From the NCBI GenBank assembly GCA_910577225.1, contig CAJTMV010000004.1:103005-167004 (forward strand): 64,000 bases of DNA, written 5' to 3'. Numbering within the stretch: the stretch's first letter is position 1; each line of letters opens with the position of its first letter. Both the position numbers and the translations under genes were made by a program. Positions 56,414 through 64,000 of this stretch are shown here, in pieces. Below the pieces are notes generated by a model, which saw only the letters and a program-made list of their open reading frames with translations, ran no database searches and was not told where the DNA came from. This DNA is from an uncultured Eubacterium sp. GTDB lineage: Bacteria > Bacillota > Clostridia > Lachnospirales > Lachnospiraceae.

Positions 56414-57106
56414 TTGACACAGGCAGTCGTTATCAAAAGCAAATCCTATGGCATACATCTTGTACTGAATCCGGACGTTACGTTTGAGGAGCTGCTCGAT
56501 GCAGTGATTGAAAAATTCGCGGATTCCGGAGACTTTTTTAAAAACGCAACTGTCGGAATATCCTTCGAAGGCTACGAACTGACGCCGGAGCAGGAGTATG
56601 AGCTGATCGCGGTCATCGAATCGCATACGAGCATTCATATTATCTGCATTATGGAACAGGAACAGGTCAAAGAGGCCTGTCTGCTCGCAGAGACCGAGGC
56701 TCTGATTCGTGAAAGAGTTACGAATCACGCCATATTTCACTATGGTTCTCTAAAGCCTGGAGACGAACTGCATTCCGACGTCGGACTTGTCGTCATCGGC
56801 AACGTACCAAAAGGCGCAAAAGTAACCGCCGCCGGTAATCTGATCGTTTTCGGCGAGCTGAACGGATTTGCACATGCAGGAGCTTATGGGGATTTCGCTG
56901 CAACTATCGCAGCATTATCTATAGACACAGGACAGGTCCAGATTGGACGTATCCTGTTTATTCCGCCGGAAAACAGCGGAAAGAAAAAAGGCGGCTTTCT
57001 CCGCCGCAAAAAAGAAGGAGAATCATTTTCACCGCAGATAGCGCGTGTTCAGGACGGACATGTCATAATGGAGCCTTGTACAAAAGATTTATTTGAACAT
57101 TCATAA
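56414..57106 (+). CDS. minC: Septum site-determining protein MinC
   Basis: C-terminal beta-helix pattern (GNVPKGAKVTAAGNLIVFGELNG). I chose the TTG start after AAGGAG. The upstream ATGs at 56360 and 56378 overlap the PBP2 gene. Confidence 0.75.
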   Translation: MTQAVVIKSKSYGIHLVLNPDVTFEELLDAVIEKFADSGDFFKNATVGISFEGYELTPEQEYELIAVIESHTSIHIICIMEQEQVKEACLLAETEALIRERVTNHAIFHYGSLKPGDELHSDVGLVVIGNVPKGAKVTAAGNLIVFGELNGFAHAGAYGDFAATIAALSIDTGQVQIGRILFIPPENSGKKKGGFLRRKKEGESFSPQIARVQDGHVIMEPCTKDLFEHS

Positions 57107-57124
57107 ATCAGGAGGATTCTAATT

Positions 57125-57916
57125 ATGTGTGAAGTTATTGTAATTACATCAGGAAAAGGCGGCGTCGGCAAGACGACAACGACGGCAAACGTAGGCTGCG
57201 CGCTGGCAATGCTTGGAAAAAAGGTCGTACTGATCGATACGGATATCGGCCTGCGTAATCTGGACGTTGTCATGGGACTGGAAAACCGGATCGTTTACAA
57301 TCTGGTAGACGTCATTAAGGGCAGCTGCAGGCTCAGACAGGCGCTCATCAAAGACAAGCGCCATCCGACTCTTTTTCTGATACCTTCCGCACAAACCTGC
57401 GATAAAACAGCAGTTACGCCACAGCAGATGAAAAAGCTGACAGATGAGCTTCGGGAGGATTTTGATTACATACTTCTGGACTGTCCTGCCGGTATCGAGC
57501 AGGGATTTCAAAACGCGATTGCCGGAGCAGACCGCGCCATTGTCGTAACAACGCCGGAAGTATCTGCCATCCGCGACGCAGACCGGATTATCGGCCTGTT
57601 AAAAAATGCGCAGATGCCGCAGATCGAACTGTTAATCAATCGTGTGCGCATGGATATGGTAAAACGCGGAGATATGATGTCGCTCAAAGACGTCTGCGAG
57701 ATTCTGCCGATTCCATTGATCGGCGCCGTACCGGATGACGAAAACATCGTCATCTCCACAAACCAGGGAGAGCCGTTATCCGGACTGGATTCCATGTCCG
57801 GACAGGCATATCATAATATCTGCCGCCGGATTGACGGTGAAAAAGTACCGATCCTGGATCTGAACCAGAAAAAGGTATGGTTCCAGCGTTTCCGCGGTCT
57901 GTCAAAACGTGTATAG
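57125..57916 (+). CDS. minD: Septum site-determining ATPase MinD
   Basis: Deviant Walker A SGKGGVGKTT. Confidence 0.95.
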   Translation: MCEVIVITSGKGGVGKTTTTANVGCALAMLGKKVVLIDTDIGLRNLDVVMGLENRIVYNLVDVIKGSCRLRQALIKDKRHPTLFLIPSAQTCDKTAVTPQQMKKLTDELREDFDYILLDCPAGIEQGFQNAIAGADRAIVVTTPEVSAIRDADRIIGLLKNAQMPQIELLINRVRMDMVKRGDMMSLKDVCEILPIPLIGAVPDDENIVISTNQGEPLSGLDSMSGQAYHNICRRIDGEKVPILDLNQKKVWFQRFRGLSKRV

Positions 57917-57927
57917 GAGGCAGTTGT

Positions 57928-58209
57928 ATGAGATTTTTGCGATTTATATTTCGAAGGAATTCCAAAGATGTGGCGATGGACCGTCTGAAACTGCTTCTGA
58001 TCTCAGACCGGACAGACTGTTCTGCGGATATGCTGGAAATGATAAAAAACGATATCATTCAGGTGATTTCCAAATACATGGAAATCGATACCGAAGGTCT
58101 GGATATCCAGATCACACGCACTGTTTCCGAAACGCATAACGGAAGCGTACCGGCACTATATGCAAATATACCGATTTTGTGCGTCAAGCATCAGCCGGAA
58201 TATCAGTAA
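57928..58209 (+). CDS. minE: Cell division topological specificity factor MinE
   Basis: SKDVAMDRLKLLLISDR motif. The ATG follows AGGAGG. Confidence 0.85.
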   Translation: MRFLRFIFRRNSKDVAMDRLKLLLISDRTDCSADMLEMIKNDIIQVISKYMEIDTEGLDIQITRTVSETHNGSVPALYANIPILCVKHQPEYQ

Positions 58210-58262
58210 ACATTTCACCTGATCATTTAATTACGATTTGAGAAAGCCCGGAGGCGTTATTT

Positions 58263-59363
58263 ATGTTCAAAATGTACTCGTTTCGAAATTATCGGATCCG
58301 ACTGTGTCTGTACGTGATCAGCATTACCGTGATCGGTATTATGGTCGTAGGAAGCGCCAGACACTCCCTGCAGGATCGTCAGCTTCTTGGGATGCTCCTT
58401 GGCCTTGGATGCATGCTCGTGCTGTCTTTGTTCGATTACTCGTTTTTATTAAAATTCGTATGGCCCGCGTATTTTGCAAACCTTGCGCTGCTTGTAGCCG
58501 TCATTTTAAAAGGAGAGGAATCGCACGGGCAGAGCAGATGGCTGCTGATTGGTCCGATACAGTTTCAGCCGTCGGAACTGTCTAAGATTGTGATCATATT
58601 GTTTTTTGCAGCGTTTTTTATGAAATATCAGGAGCAGATCAGTACGTTTCGGGCGCTGGCTGTTTCTGCGGTACTGATCGCATTTCCTCTGGGACTTGTA
58701 TTAAAATCAGATTTATCTACAACAATAGTAACTACATTAATTTTTATTACCCTCTTGTTTGTTGCCGGAATAAGTTATAAAATAATTGGTGGGGTGGCTG
58801 CGGTCTGTGCCCCGGCAGTAATTGTCGTATTATATCTGATCATGCAGCCGGATCAGGAGATTATTAAAAGCTACCAGCTAAAGCGAATTCTTGCCTGGCG
58901 TTATCCGCAAAAATATCCCGACGGCGCCTACCAGCAGCAAAATTCGATTATGGCAATTGGTTCCGGACAGCTCTGGGGAAAAGGGTTAAATAACGACAAT
59001 TTTGATTCCGTAAAAAACGGCAACTTTATTTCAGAACCCCATACAGACTTTATTTTTTCCGTCGCAGGGGAAGAGCTTGGATTTGTAGGGGCAGCTGCAA
59101 TTATTATACTGCTGACATTAATTGCGCTGGAATGTATCTTTATTGGCAGAAAAGCGAAAGATCTGGCCGGACGGCTGATTTGCTGCGGTATGGCGGCGCT
59201 GATCGGCTTTCAGAGTTTTGTCAATATTTCAGTTACGACCGGATTATTGCCAAATACGGGACTGACCCTGCCGTTTGTCAGCTATGGACTGACTTCACTG
59301 GTAACTTTGTATATTGGAATCGGTATTGTACTAAATGTGGGCTTGCAGCCGAAAAAATATTAG
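58263..59363 (+). CDS. rodA: FtsW/RodA/SpoVE-family peptidoglycan glycosyltransferase (RodA by context)
   Basis: Polytopic SEDS pattern (QPSELSKI, PHTDFIFS, LPFVSYGLTS). Confidence 0.85.
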   Translation: MFKMYSFRNYRIRLCLYVISITVIGIMVVGSARHSLQDRQLLGMLLGLGCMLVLSLFDYSFLLKFVWPAYFANLALLVAVILKGEESHGQSRWLLIGPIQFQPSELSKIVIILFFAAFFMKYQEQISTFRALAVSAVLIAFPLGLVLKSDLSTTIVTTLIFITLLFVAGISYKIIGGVAAVCAPAVIVVLYLIMQPDQEIIKSYQLKRILAWRYPQKYPDGAYQQQNSIMAIGSGQLWGKGLNNDNFDSVKNGNFISEPHTDFIFSVAGEELGFVGAAAIIILLTLIALECIFIGRKAKDLAGRLICCGMAALIGFQSFVNISVTTGLLPNTGLTLPFVSYGLTSLVTLYIGIGIVLNVGLQPKKY

Positions 59364-59380
59364 CGGGGGTGGTATACAAA

Positions 59381-59776
59381 ATGAATATCGGTTTAATCGC
59401 ACATGACTCGAAGAAAAAACTTATGCAGAATTTTTGTATTGCGTACCGGGGAATTTTGTGTAAAAACGAACTATTTGCAACAGGCACGACCGGACGGCTG
59501 ATCGAAGAGGTCGCAAACCTCTCGATACACAAATATCTGGCCGGACACCTGGGCGGCGCGCAACAGTTAATCGCACAGATCGAGCAGAACGATATTGACC
59601 TTGTCATCTTTTTGCGCGATCCAATGACGCCAAAATCTCATGAGCCGAATGTCAATAACGTTGTAAAATTATGCGATACGTACAATATCCCGTTGGCAAC
59701 CAATCTTGCAACGGCAGAATTATTAATCAAAGCATTAGACAGAGGAGATTTGGAGTGGCGTGAAATGTACAGATAA
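59381..59776 (+). CDS. mgsA: Methylglyoxal synthase
   Basis: MNIGLIAHDSKK...ATGTTG...GGAQQ pattern. The tracked ORF from 59132 is an upstream out-of-context extension overlapping rodA. Confidence 0.9.
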   Translation: MNIGLIAHDSKKKLMQNFCIAYRGILCKNELFATGTTGRLIEEVANLSIHKYLAGHLGGAQQLIAQIEQNDIDLVIFLRDPMTPKSHEPNVNNVVKLCDTYNIPLATNLATAELLIKALDRGDLEWREMYR

Positions 59777-60818
59777 AAAATCCGGACAGATCCGGCGGTC
59801 TCAGATACGCCTGCATCGCAAACGGTTTTGCCTTCTGGCAGCCGCAGCAGCCGGTATGCTGTTTTTCAGTGCATGCGGGACGAAAACTTATGAGTTTGAA
59901 CATCCATATGACGTTTATGGAACTTCCATTCATTACATACAGCCGCAAAATGAAGAGGATGGTTCTGAACCGTCCCGGGAAACCCGGTCTTTCAAAACGA
60001 TTCCGTTTTTTGCGCAGGAGCTTTGTATCTCTGAAACGGAGTCCGCAGGCGCGGAGCTTGCAGACGCGTCCGCAGCAGAAGCTGCAGGTGTTTTTTATCT
60101 GGACCAGGGAACGATTCCGTTTGCAAAAAATATTTATAAAAAATTATATCCGGCCAGTACGACAAAAATACTGACCGCTTTGACGGCGTTAAAACACGCA
60201 GATCTGACAGACGTTGTCACTGTGAGTGAACAGGCTGCAAACCAGGCAGGCGATTCTTCTGTCTGCGGCCTGAAAGCAGGCGATCAGCTGACACTGGAAG
60301 AGCTTTTGTACGGACTTTTATTAGAAAGCGGCAATGACGCTGCAGATGCCATTGCAGAGCATGTGTCCGGCAGCTCCGAAAACTTTGCGTCGCTTATGAA
60401 CGAAGAAGCGGCAGCCGTCGGCGCTACGCGTTCTCATTTTACCAATCCGCATGGATTGCACGAGGAAGAGCATTACACATGTGTCTATGACCTGTATCTG
60501 TTATTACATGCGGCGTTCACGTATGAACCGTTTCAAACGATTGTCCATACGGCGAAGCATACCGCGGTATACAAAAATGCGTCTGGCGCTGCCGTAACGC
60601 AGGAATGGGAGACAACCGACAAATTTCTGACCGGTGAAGTACCTGTACCGGAAGGAGTTACCGTACTCGGCGGAAAAACAGGCACGACAAACGCAGCCGG
60701 CTATTGTCTGGCGCTGTACAGCCAGAACGCGTCTCAAAAACCGCGTATCAGCATTGTCATGAAAGCCGACAGCAGCGAGCATTTGTACACACTGATGTCG
60801 GATCTGTTAAAACAGTGA
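59760..60818 (+). CDS. D-alanyl-D-alanine carboxypeptidase (S11, PBP5-type), probable lipoprotein
   Basis: SxxK (PASTTKILT), SGN (ESGND) and KTGT motifs. Lipobox-like LFFSACG. Confidence 0.8.
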   Translation: MKCTDKKSGQIRRSQIRLHRKRFCLLAAAAAGMLFFSACGTKTYEFEHPYDVYGTSIHYIQPQNEEDGSEPSRETRSFKTIPFFAQELCISETESAGAELADASAAEAAGVFYLDQGTIPFAKNIYKKLYPASTTKILTALTALKHADLTDVVTVSEQAANQAGDSSVCGLKAGDQLTLEELLYGLLLESGNDAADAIAEHVSGSSENFASLMNEEAAAVGATRSHFTNPHGLHEEEHYTCVYDLYLLLHAAFTYEPFQTIVHTAKHTAVYKNASGAAVTQEWETTDKFLTGEVPVPEGVTVLGGKTGTTNAAGYCLALYSQNASQKPRISIVMKADSSEHLYTLMSDLLKQ

Positions 60819-60946
60819 TTCATTTTTCGTTTGGAAAGATTCTGCCGGATGGTCTGGTAACATTTGCTTATTCTTATGGATATTGCAGTGTGTGCCAGAT
60901 CGCGGTGCGAACGTCGATGGTAATCGCGCATTTTTAGAAATACCAG

Positions 60947-60975
60947 TTGTATTTTATAGAAAAGTATCTTATAAT
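60947..60975 (+). promoter_or_regulatory. Sigma-A-type promoter
   Basis: TTGTAT, a 17-nt spacer, then TATAAT, upstream of the 61038 ORF. Confidence 0.4.
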
Positions 60976-61037
60976 AATCCTATCAGACTTGGAAAGGTTC
61001 GAAGCGTCAGCTAATAACATGCAGGAGGAAAAGAGTA

Positions 61038-61457
61038 ATGGTGGAAATTATTTGTGGCGAAAAAGGAAAAGGAAAGACAAAACATTTGCTGGATAAGGCA
61101 AATACAGCGGTCAGGGATGCGCAGGGAAATGTGGTGTATCTGGATAAAAGCCAGAAACATATGTATGAGCTCAACAATAAGATACGTCTGATCAATGTAA
61201 CAGATTTTCCAGTTTCAAACTGTGATGAATTTTTAGGATTTATCTGTGGCATTGTATCACAGGATCATGATCTGCAGGAAATGTATCTGGACAGTTTTGT
61301 AACAATTGCAGGCCTCAAAGACGATCAGCTGCAGCATGCGATTGAAAAGCTGGATATTATCAGCGAAAAATACAATGTCAGATTTATATTAAGCATCTCC
61401 AAAGATGAACACGATCTGCCGGAATGCGCAAAAGCAAAAGTAATTGTATCATTATAA
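61038..61457 (+). CDS. Small P-loop protein of unknown function
   Basis: Walker A-like GEKGKGKT at the N-terminus. AGGAGG RBS. Confidence 0.45.
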   Translation: MVEIICGEKGKGKTKHLLDKANTAVRDAQGNVVYLDKSQKHMYELNNKIRLINVTDFPVSNCDEFLGFICGIVSQDHDLQEMYLDSFVTIAGLKDDQLQHAIEKLDIISEKYNVRFILSISKDEHDLPECAKAKVIVSL

Positions 61458-61568
61458 CAGATACATGACACAGACAAATCCAGCCCGCTGCACATCGCCA
61501 GTTTTACTGCCGTCTATGTGGATATGGGCTGGATTCTGCGTTATGGTTCACACCTGCATTACTGTCTT

Positions 61569-61781
61569 TTATGCCTGATCCATCGAACGGATGCGTCCAT
61601 AGACACTGAGCAGATATAATCCGCCAATGCCTACAAATGCATAGACGATTCTGGAAAGCCAGGACATATTTCCGAAAAGAAACGCTACCAGATCAAATCG
61701 GAAAAATCCGATCAGGCCCCAGTTTACCGCACCGATAATTACCAGAGTAAGCAGTGTGTAATCTAAATATTTAGAGTTCAT
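61569..61781 (-). CDS. DUF378-family small membrane protein
   Basis: Two TM helices with the IGAVNWGLIGFF pattern. Confidence 0.7.
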   Translation of the reverse strand: MNSKYLDYTLLTLVIIGAVNWGLIGFFRFDLVAFLFGNMSWLSRIVYAFVGIGGLYLLSVYGRIRSMDQA

Positions 61782-61897
61782 AACAGTTACCTCCTTTTCT
61801 CATAGTATGAACATTTTCCGTCCATTCATACATGAAAATTCTGGAACGGATGGAATTTTAACAATTGCTAAATTTTTAGAAAGAGCGGGAAGAACGA

Positions 61898-63355
61898 TTG
61901 ACCGGAAGGAAGAAAAAAAGAAACAGAACGATTGTCCGATTTCCTGGCGGAATGCATCTGAATATCGGAATTATTGTATTTTTATTTATTGCGTTTTACA
62001 TGGTTTATAATATTTACAGTTATCTTACCGCTGTTCATATCAAAAGCTATGAAGTAGAAAAAGGTACGATTGAAGTCAATACTTCCTACACCGGTCTGAT
62101 TCTGCGAAAAGAAACGGTTGTAAACGCGTCGCAGAGCGGAAAACTGGATTATTACCTGAAAGACAACACAAAAGCCTCCAAAGGCACGCTATTGTGTTCG
62201 GTCGATGAAAATGGAAACGTGTCCGAGCGGTTAAACGATGTCGTCTCATCAAATGCGGTACTGACCAGAGATAGTATGAGCGATATTCAAAGTTCTATCC
62301 GCGACTTTGCAAAAGGTTATCAGGAAAGCTCTTACTATACGACCTATAGCTTTAAATCGGACCTTAGCGGACAGCTCATGGAAGCTCTCAATCTGGGCGC
62401 GTTAAACACGATATCGGAATATACGGAGTTTGCCAAAGATAATCAGACGTTTCATTTGTATCGCGCGGAGCAGCCCGGCGTGGTAGCTTATTATACGGAC
62501 GGAATGGAAAATATAACCATTAACGATCTGAGCGAAGATCTGTTCGATCAGTCCGCGCACAGGAAAGTCAGCTTAAAGACCGAAGGTACGGTTGAGATGG
62601 GACAGCCTGTCTATAAGCTGGTCACAGACGAAGAGTGGCAGATTATTGTCAGACTGGATCCTGTCATGAAAAACGAGCTGCAGGATAAAGAGATCACGCA
62701 GATTCGGTTTAAAGAGGATCAGACGACTGCCTGGGCAAATTATACGATAGAGCGAAAAAACGGGCAGGATTATCTGATTTTAACTCTGCGAAACGGTATG
62801 ATTCGATATGCTTATGAACGATATATCGATATTAATATTTTACTGGATCAGCAAACGGGTCTTAAAATTCCAAACAGCTCCATTACTACAAAGACGTTTG
62901 AACTCGTACCAAATGAATATTTAACTTCAGGCAGCGGAACGTCCGGTCAGACCGGTCTTTTAGTCGAGCATCGCAAAGAAAACGGAACTTTTACAGAAGC
63001 GGAATTTGTACCGGTAACCGCCTATTATATTGATAAAAATCCGGACGAAAATGGAAATGAGGACCCCAATAAAGAAAACTGGATCGCTTATATTTCAAAC
63101 GAAAAAATAAAACGCGGCGACAGAATTGCGCGCATGAATTCCACCGACCGCTACGAAATCCTGAATACCGCCAAACTAAAAGGCGTTTATAATATCAATC
63201 GTGGATACGCGGTATTCAGACAGATCGATATTCTCTTTAGCAATGATAATTATACGATCGTGGAAACGGGAACGCAGTATGGCATTATGCAGTATGATCA
63301 TATTGCGCTGGAAGGAGATACGATTGAAGACGGACAGATGATCACTACCAATTAA
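61898..63355 (+). CDS. Membrane-anchored protein, possibly HlyD-like
   Basis: Basic N-terminus, one TM segment (IGIIVFLFIAFYMVYNIY) and a large beta-rich ectodomain. The start is uncertain (TTG at 61898 or ATG at 61952). Confidence 0.4.
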   Translation: MTGRKKKRNRTIVRFPGGMHLNIGIIVFLFIAFYMVYNIYSYLTAVHIKSYEVEKGTIEVNTSYTGLILRKETVVNASQSGKLDYYLKDNTKASKGTLLCSVDENGNVSERLNDVVSSNAVLTRDSMSDIQSSIRDFAKGYQESSYYTTYSFKSDLSGQLMEALNLGALNTISEYTEFAKDNQTFHLYRAEQPGVVAYYTDGMENITINDLSEDLFDQSAHRKVSLKTEGTVEMGQPVYKLVTDEEWQIIVRLDPVMKNELQDKEITQIRFKEDQTTAWANYTIERKNGQDYLILTLRNGMIRYAYERYIDINILLDQQTGLKIPNSSITTKTFELVPNEYLTSGSGTSGQTGLLVEHRKENGTFTEAEFVPVTAYYIDKNPDENGNEDPNKENWIAYISNEKIKRGDRIARMNSTDRYEILNTAKLKGVYNINRGYAVFRQIDILFSNDNYTIVETGTQYGIMQYDHIALEGDTIEDGQMITTN

Positions 63356-63478
63356 ACAGATCTGTCGGCGCCCGGTAATAAAGGTTCAGACAGTGCCGCT
63401 GACGATTTCGGAAAGGTTTTTGTGAAAATATCGGATGTTGAGACAGAAATACAATAAAAATGGAGCAGGAGTGAAAGG

Positions 63479-64000
63479 ATGTTAAAAGAAAATTTGCAAA
63501 GCGTTGAAAAAACAATACAGGCTGCCTGTGATAAAAGCAGTAGAACGCGTTCCGACGTTACTCTTATCGCAGTCAGCAAGACCAAACCGGTAGAAATGCT
63601 GCAGGAAATCTATGATGCGGGCGTACGTGATTTTGGCGAAAATAAGGTACAGGAAATTTGCGAGAAATATGACAAGCTGCCAAACGATATCCGCTGGCAC
63701 ATGATCGGTCATCTGCAGCGAAATAAAGTAAAGTATATTATTGACAAAGTATGTATGATTCATTCTGTAGATTCCTATCGTCTGGCTGAAGAGATCAATA
63801 TCCAGGCCAAAAAGCACCAGCTCGTCATGCCGGTACTGCTGGAGATTAATATTGCGAAAGAACAGACAAAGTTTGGCGTTACAAAAGAAGATGCCATTTT
63901 ACTGGCTGAAGAGATGGCACATCTTACGAATCTCAAGGTAGAAGGGCTGATGGCAGTCGCTCCATATGTGGAAAATGCCGAAGATAACCGCAAATATTTT
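63479..64000 (+). CDS. yggS: YggS-family pyridoxal-phosphate homeostasis protein (partial, runs off the window)
   Basis: My translation: MLKENLQSVEKTIQAACDKSSRTRSDVTLIAVSKTKP...FGENKVQE...WHMIGHLQRNK. The frame stays open to the window end. Confidence 0.85.
   Translation, partial: MLKENLQSVEKTIQAACDKSSRTRSDVTLIAVSKTKPVEMLQEIYDAGVRDFGENKVQEICEKYDKLPNDIRWHMIGHLQRNKVKYIIDKVCMIHSVDSYRLAEEINIQAKKHQLVMPVLLEINIAKEQTKFGVTKEDAILLAEEMAHLTNLKVEGLMAVAPYVENAEDNRKYF

Noticed and set aside
59132-59380. Upstream part of the 214-aa ORF containing mgsA
   Set aside because: It overlaps the end of rodA in another frame. The recognisable methylglyoxal synthase sequence begins at MNIGLIAHD (59381), just after the rodA stop.

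Overview
The window looks like a Firmicutes (Clostridia or Lachnospiraceae-like) chromosome and splits into two parts.

Part A (about 283-18660) is a visibly AT-rich accessory island. Spot counts of individual lines give about 15-35% GC here, against about 50% or more in the core. Reading left to right, it contains:
- a purine-rich non-coding tract
- an IS4-like element with 17-bp terminal inverted repeats
- a complete agr-type quorum-sensing module: a LytTR response regulator, an AgrC-like GHKL kinase, AgrB, and a 54-aa AgrD precursor that is absent from the ORF track
- five tightly packed genes of unknown function, two of them signal-peptide proteins built from protease accessory-type beta-sandwich domains
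- a compact RiPP gene cluster: a Cys-rich precursor, a tandem repeat, a terminator hairpin, a radical SAM/SPASM maturase, a 351-aa unknown protein, an ACP-like protein lacking the carrier serine, a subtilisin-like (S8) peptidase fusion, and an ABC exporter
- a GC-rich IS3-family element that truncates a downstream signal-peptide ORF
- several gene remnants

The best candidate for an undescribed system is the agr-linked RiPP cluster together with the unknown genes that appear co-transcribed with agrBD.

Part B (about 18660-64000) is ordinary core genome:
- a secreted 5'-nucleotidase
- a Phe T-box leader followed by pheST, then queA
- an AAA+ ATPase
- a maltose-type PTS locus (malQ, a MapP-like phosphatase, a PTS IIA-IIC-IIB protein, and a LacI regulator)
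- an orphan AgrC-like kinase
- a sucrose locus (LacI repressor, MBL hydrolase, scrA, scrB)
- an Fe-dependent alcohol dehydrogenase (Fe-ADH)
- mutS, mutL, miaA and radC
- mreBCD, PBP2, minCDE and rodA
- mgsA, a D-Ala-D-Ala carboxypeptidase, and a partial yggS

All family assignments come from motifs read by eye. No database search was run.
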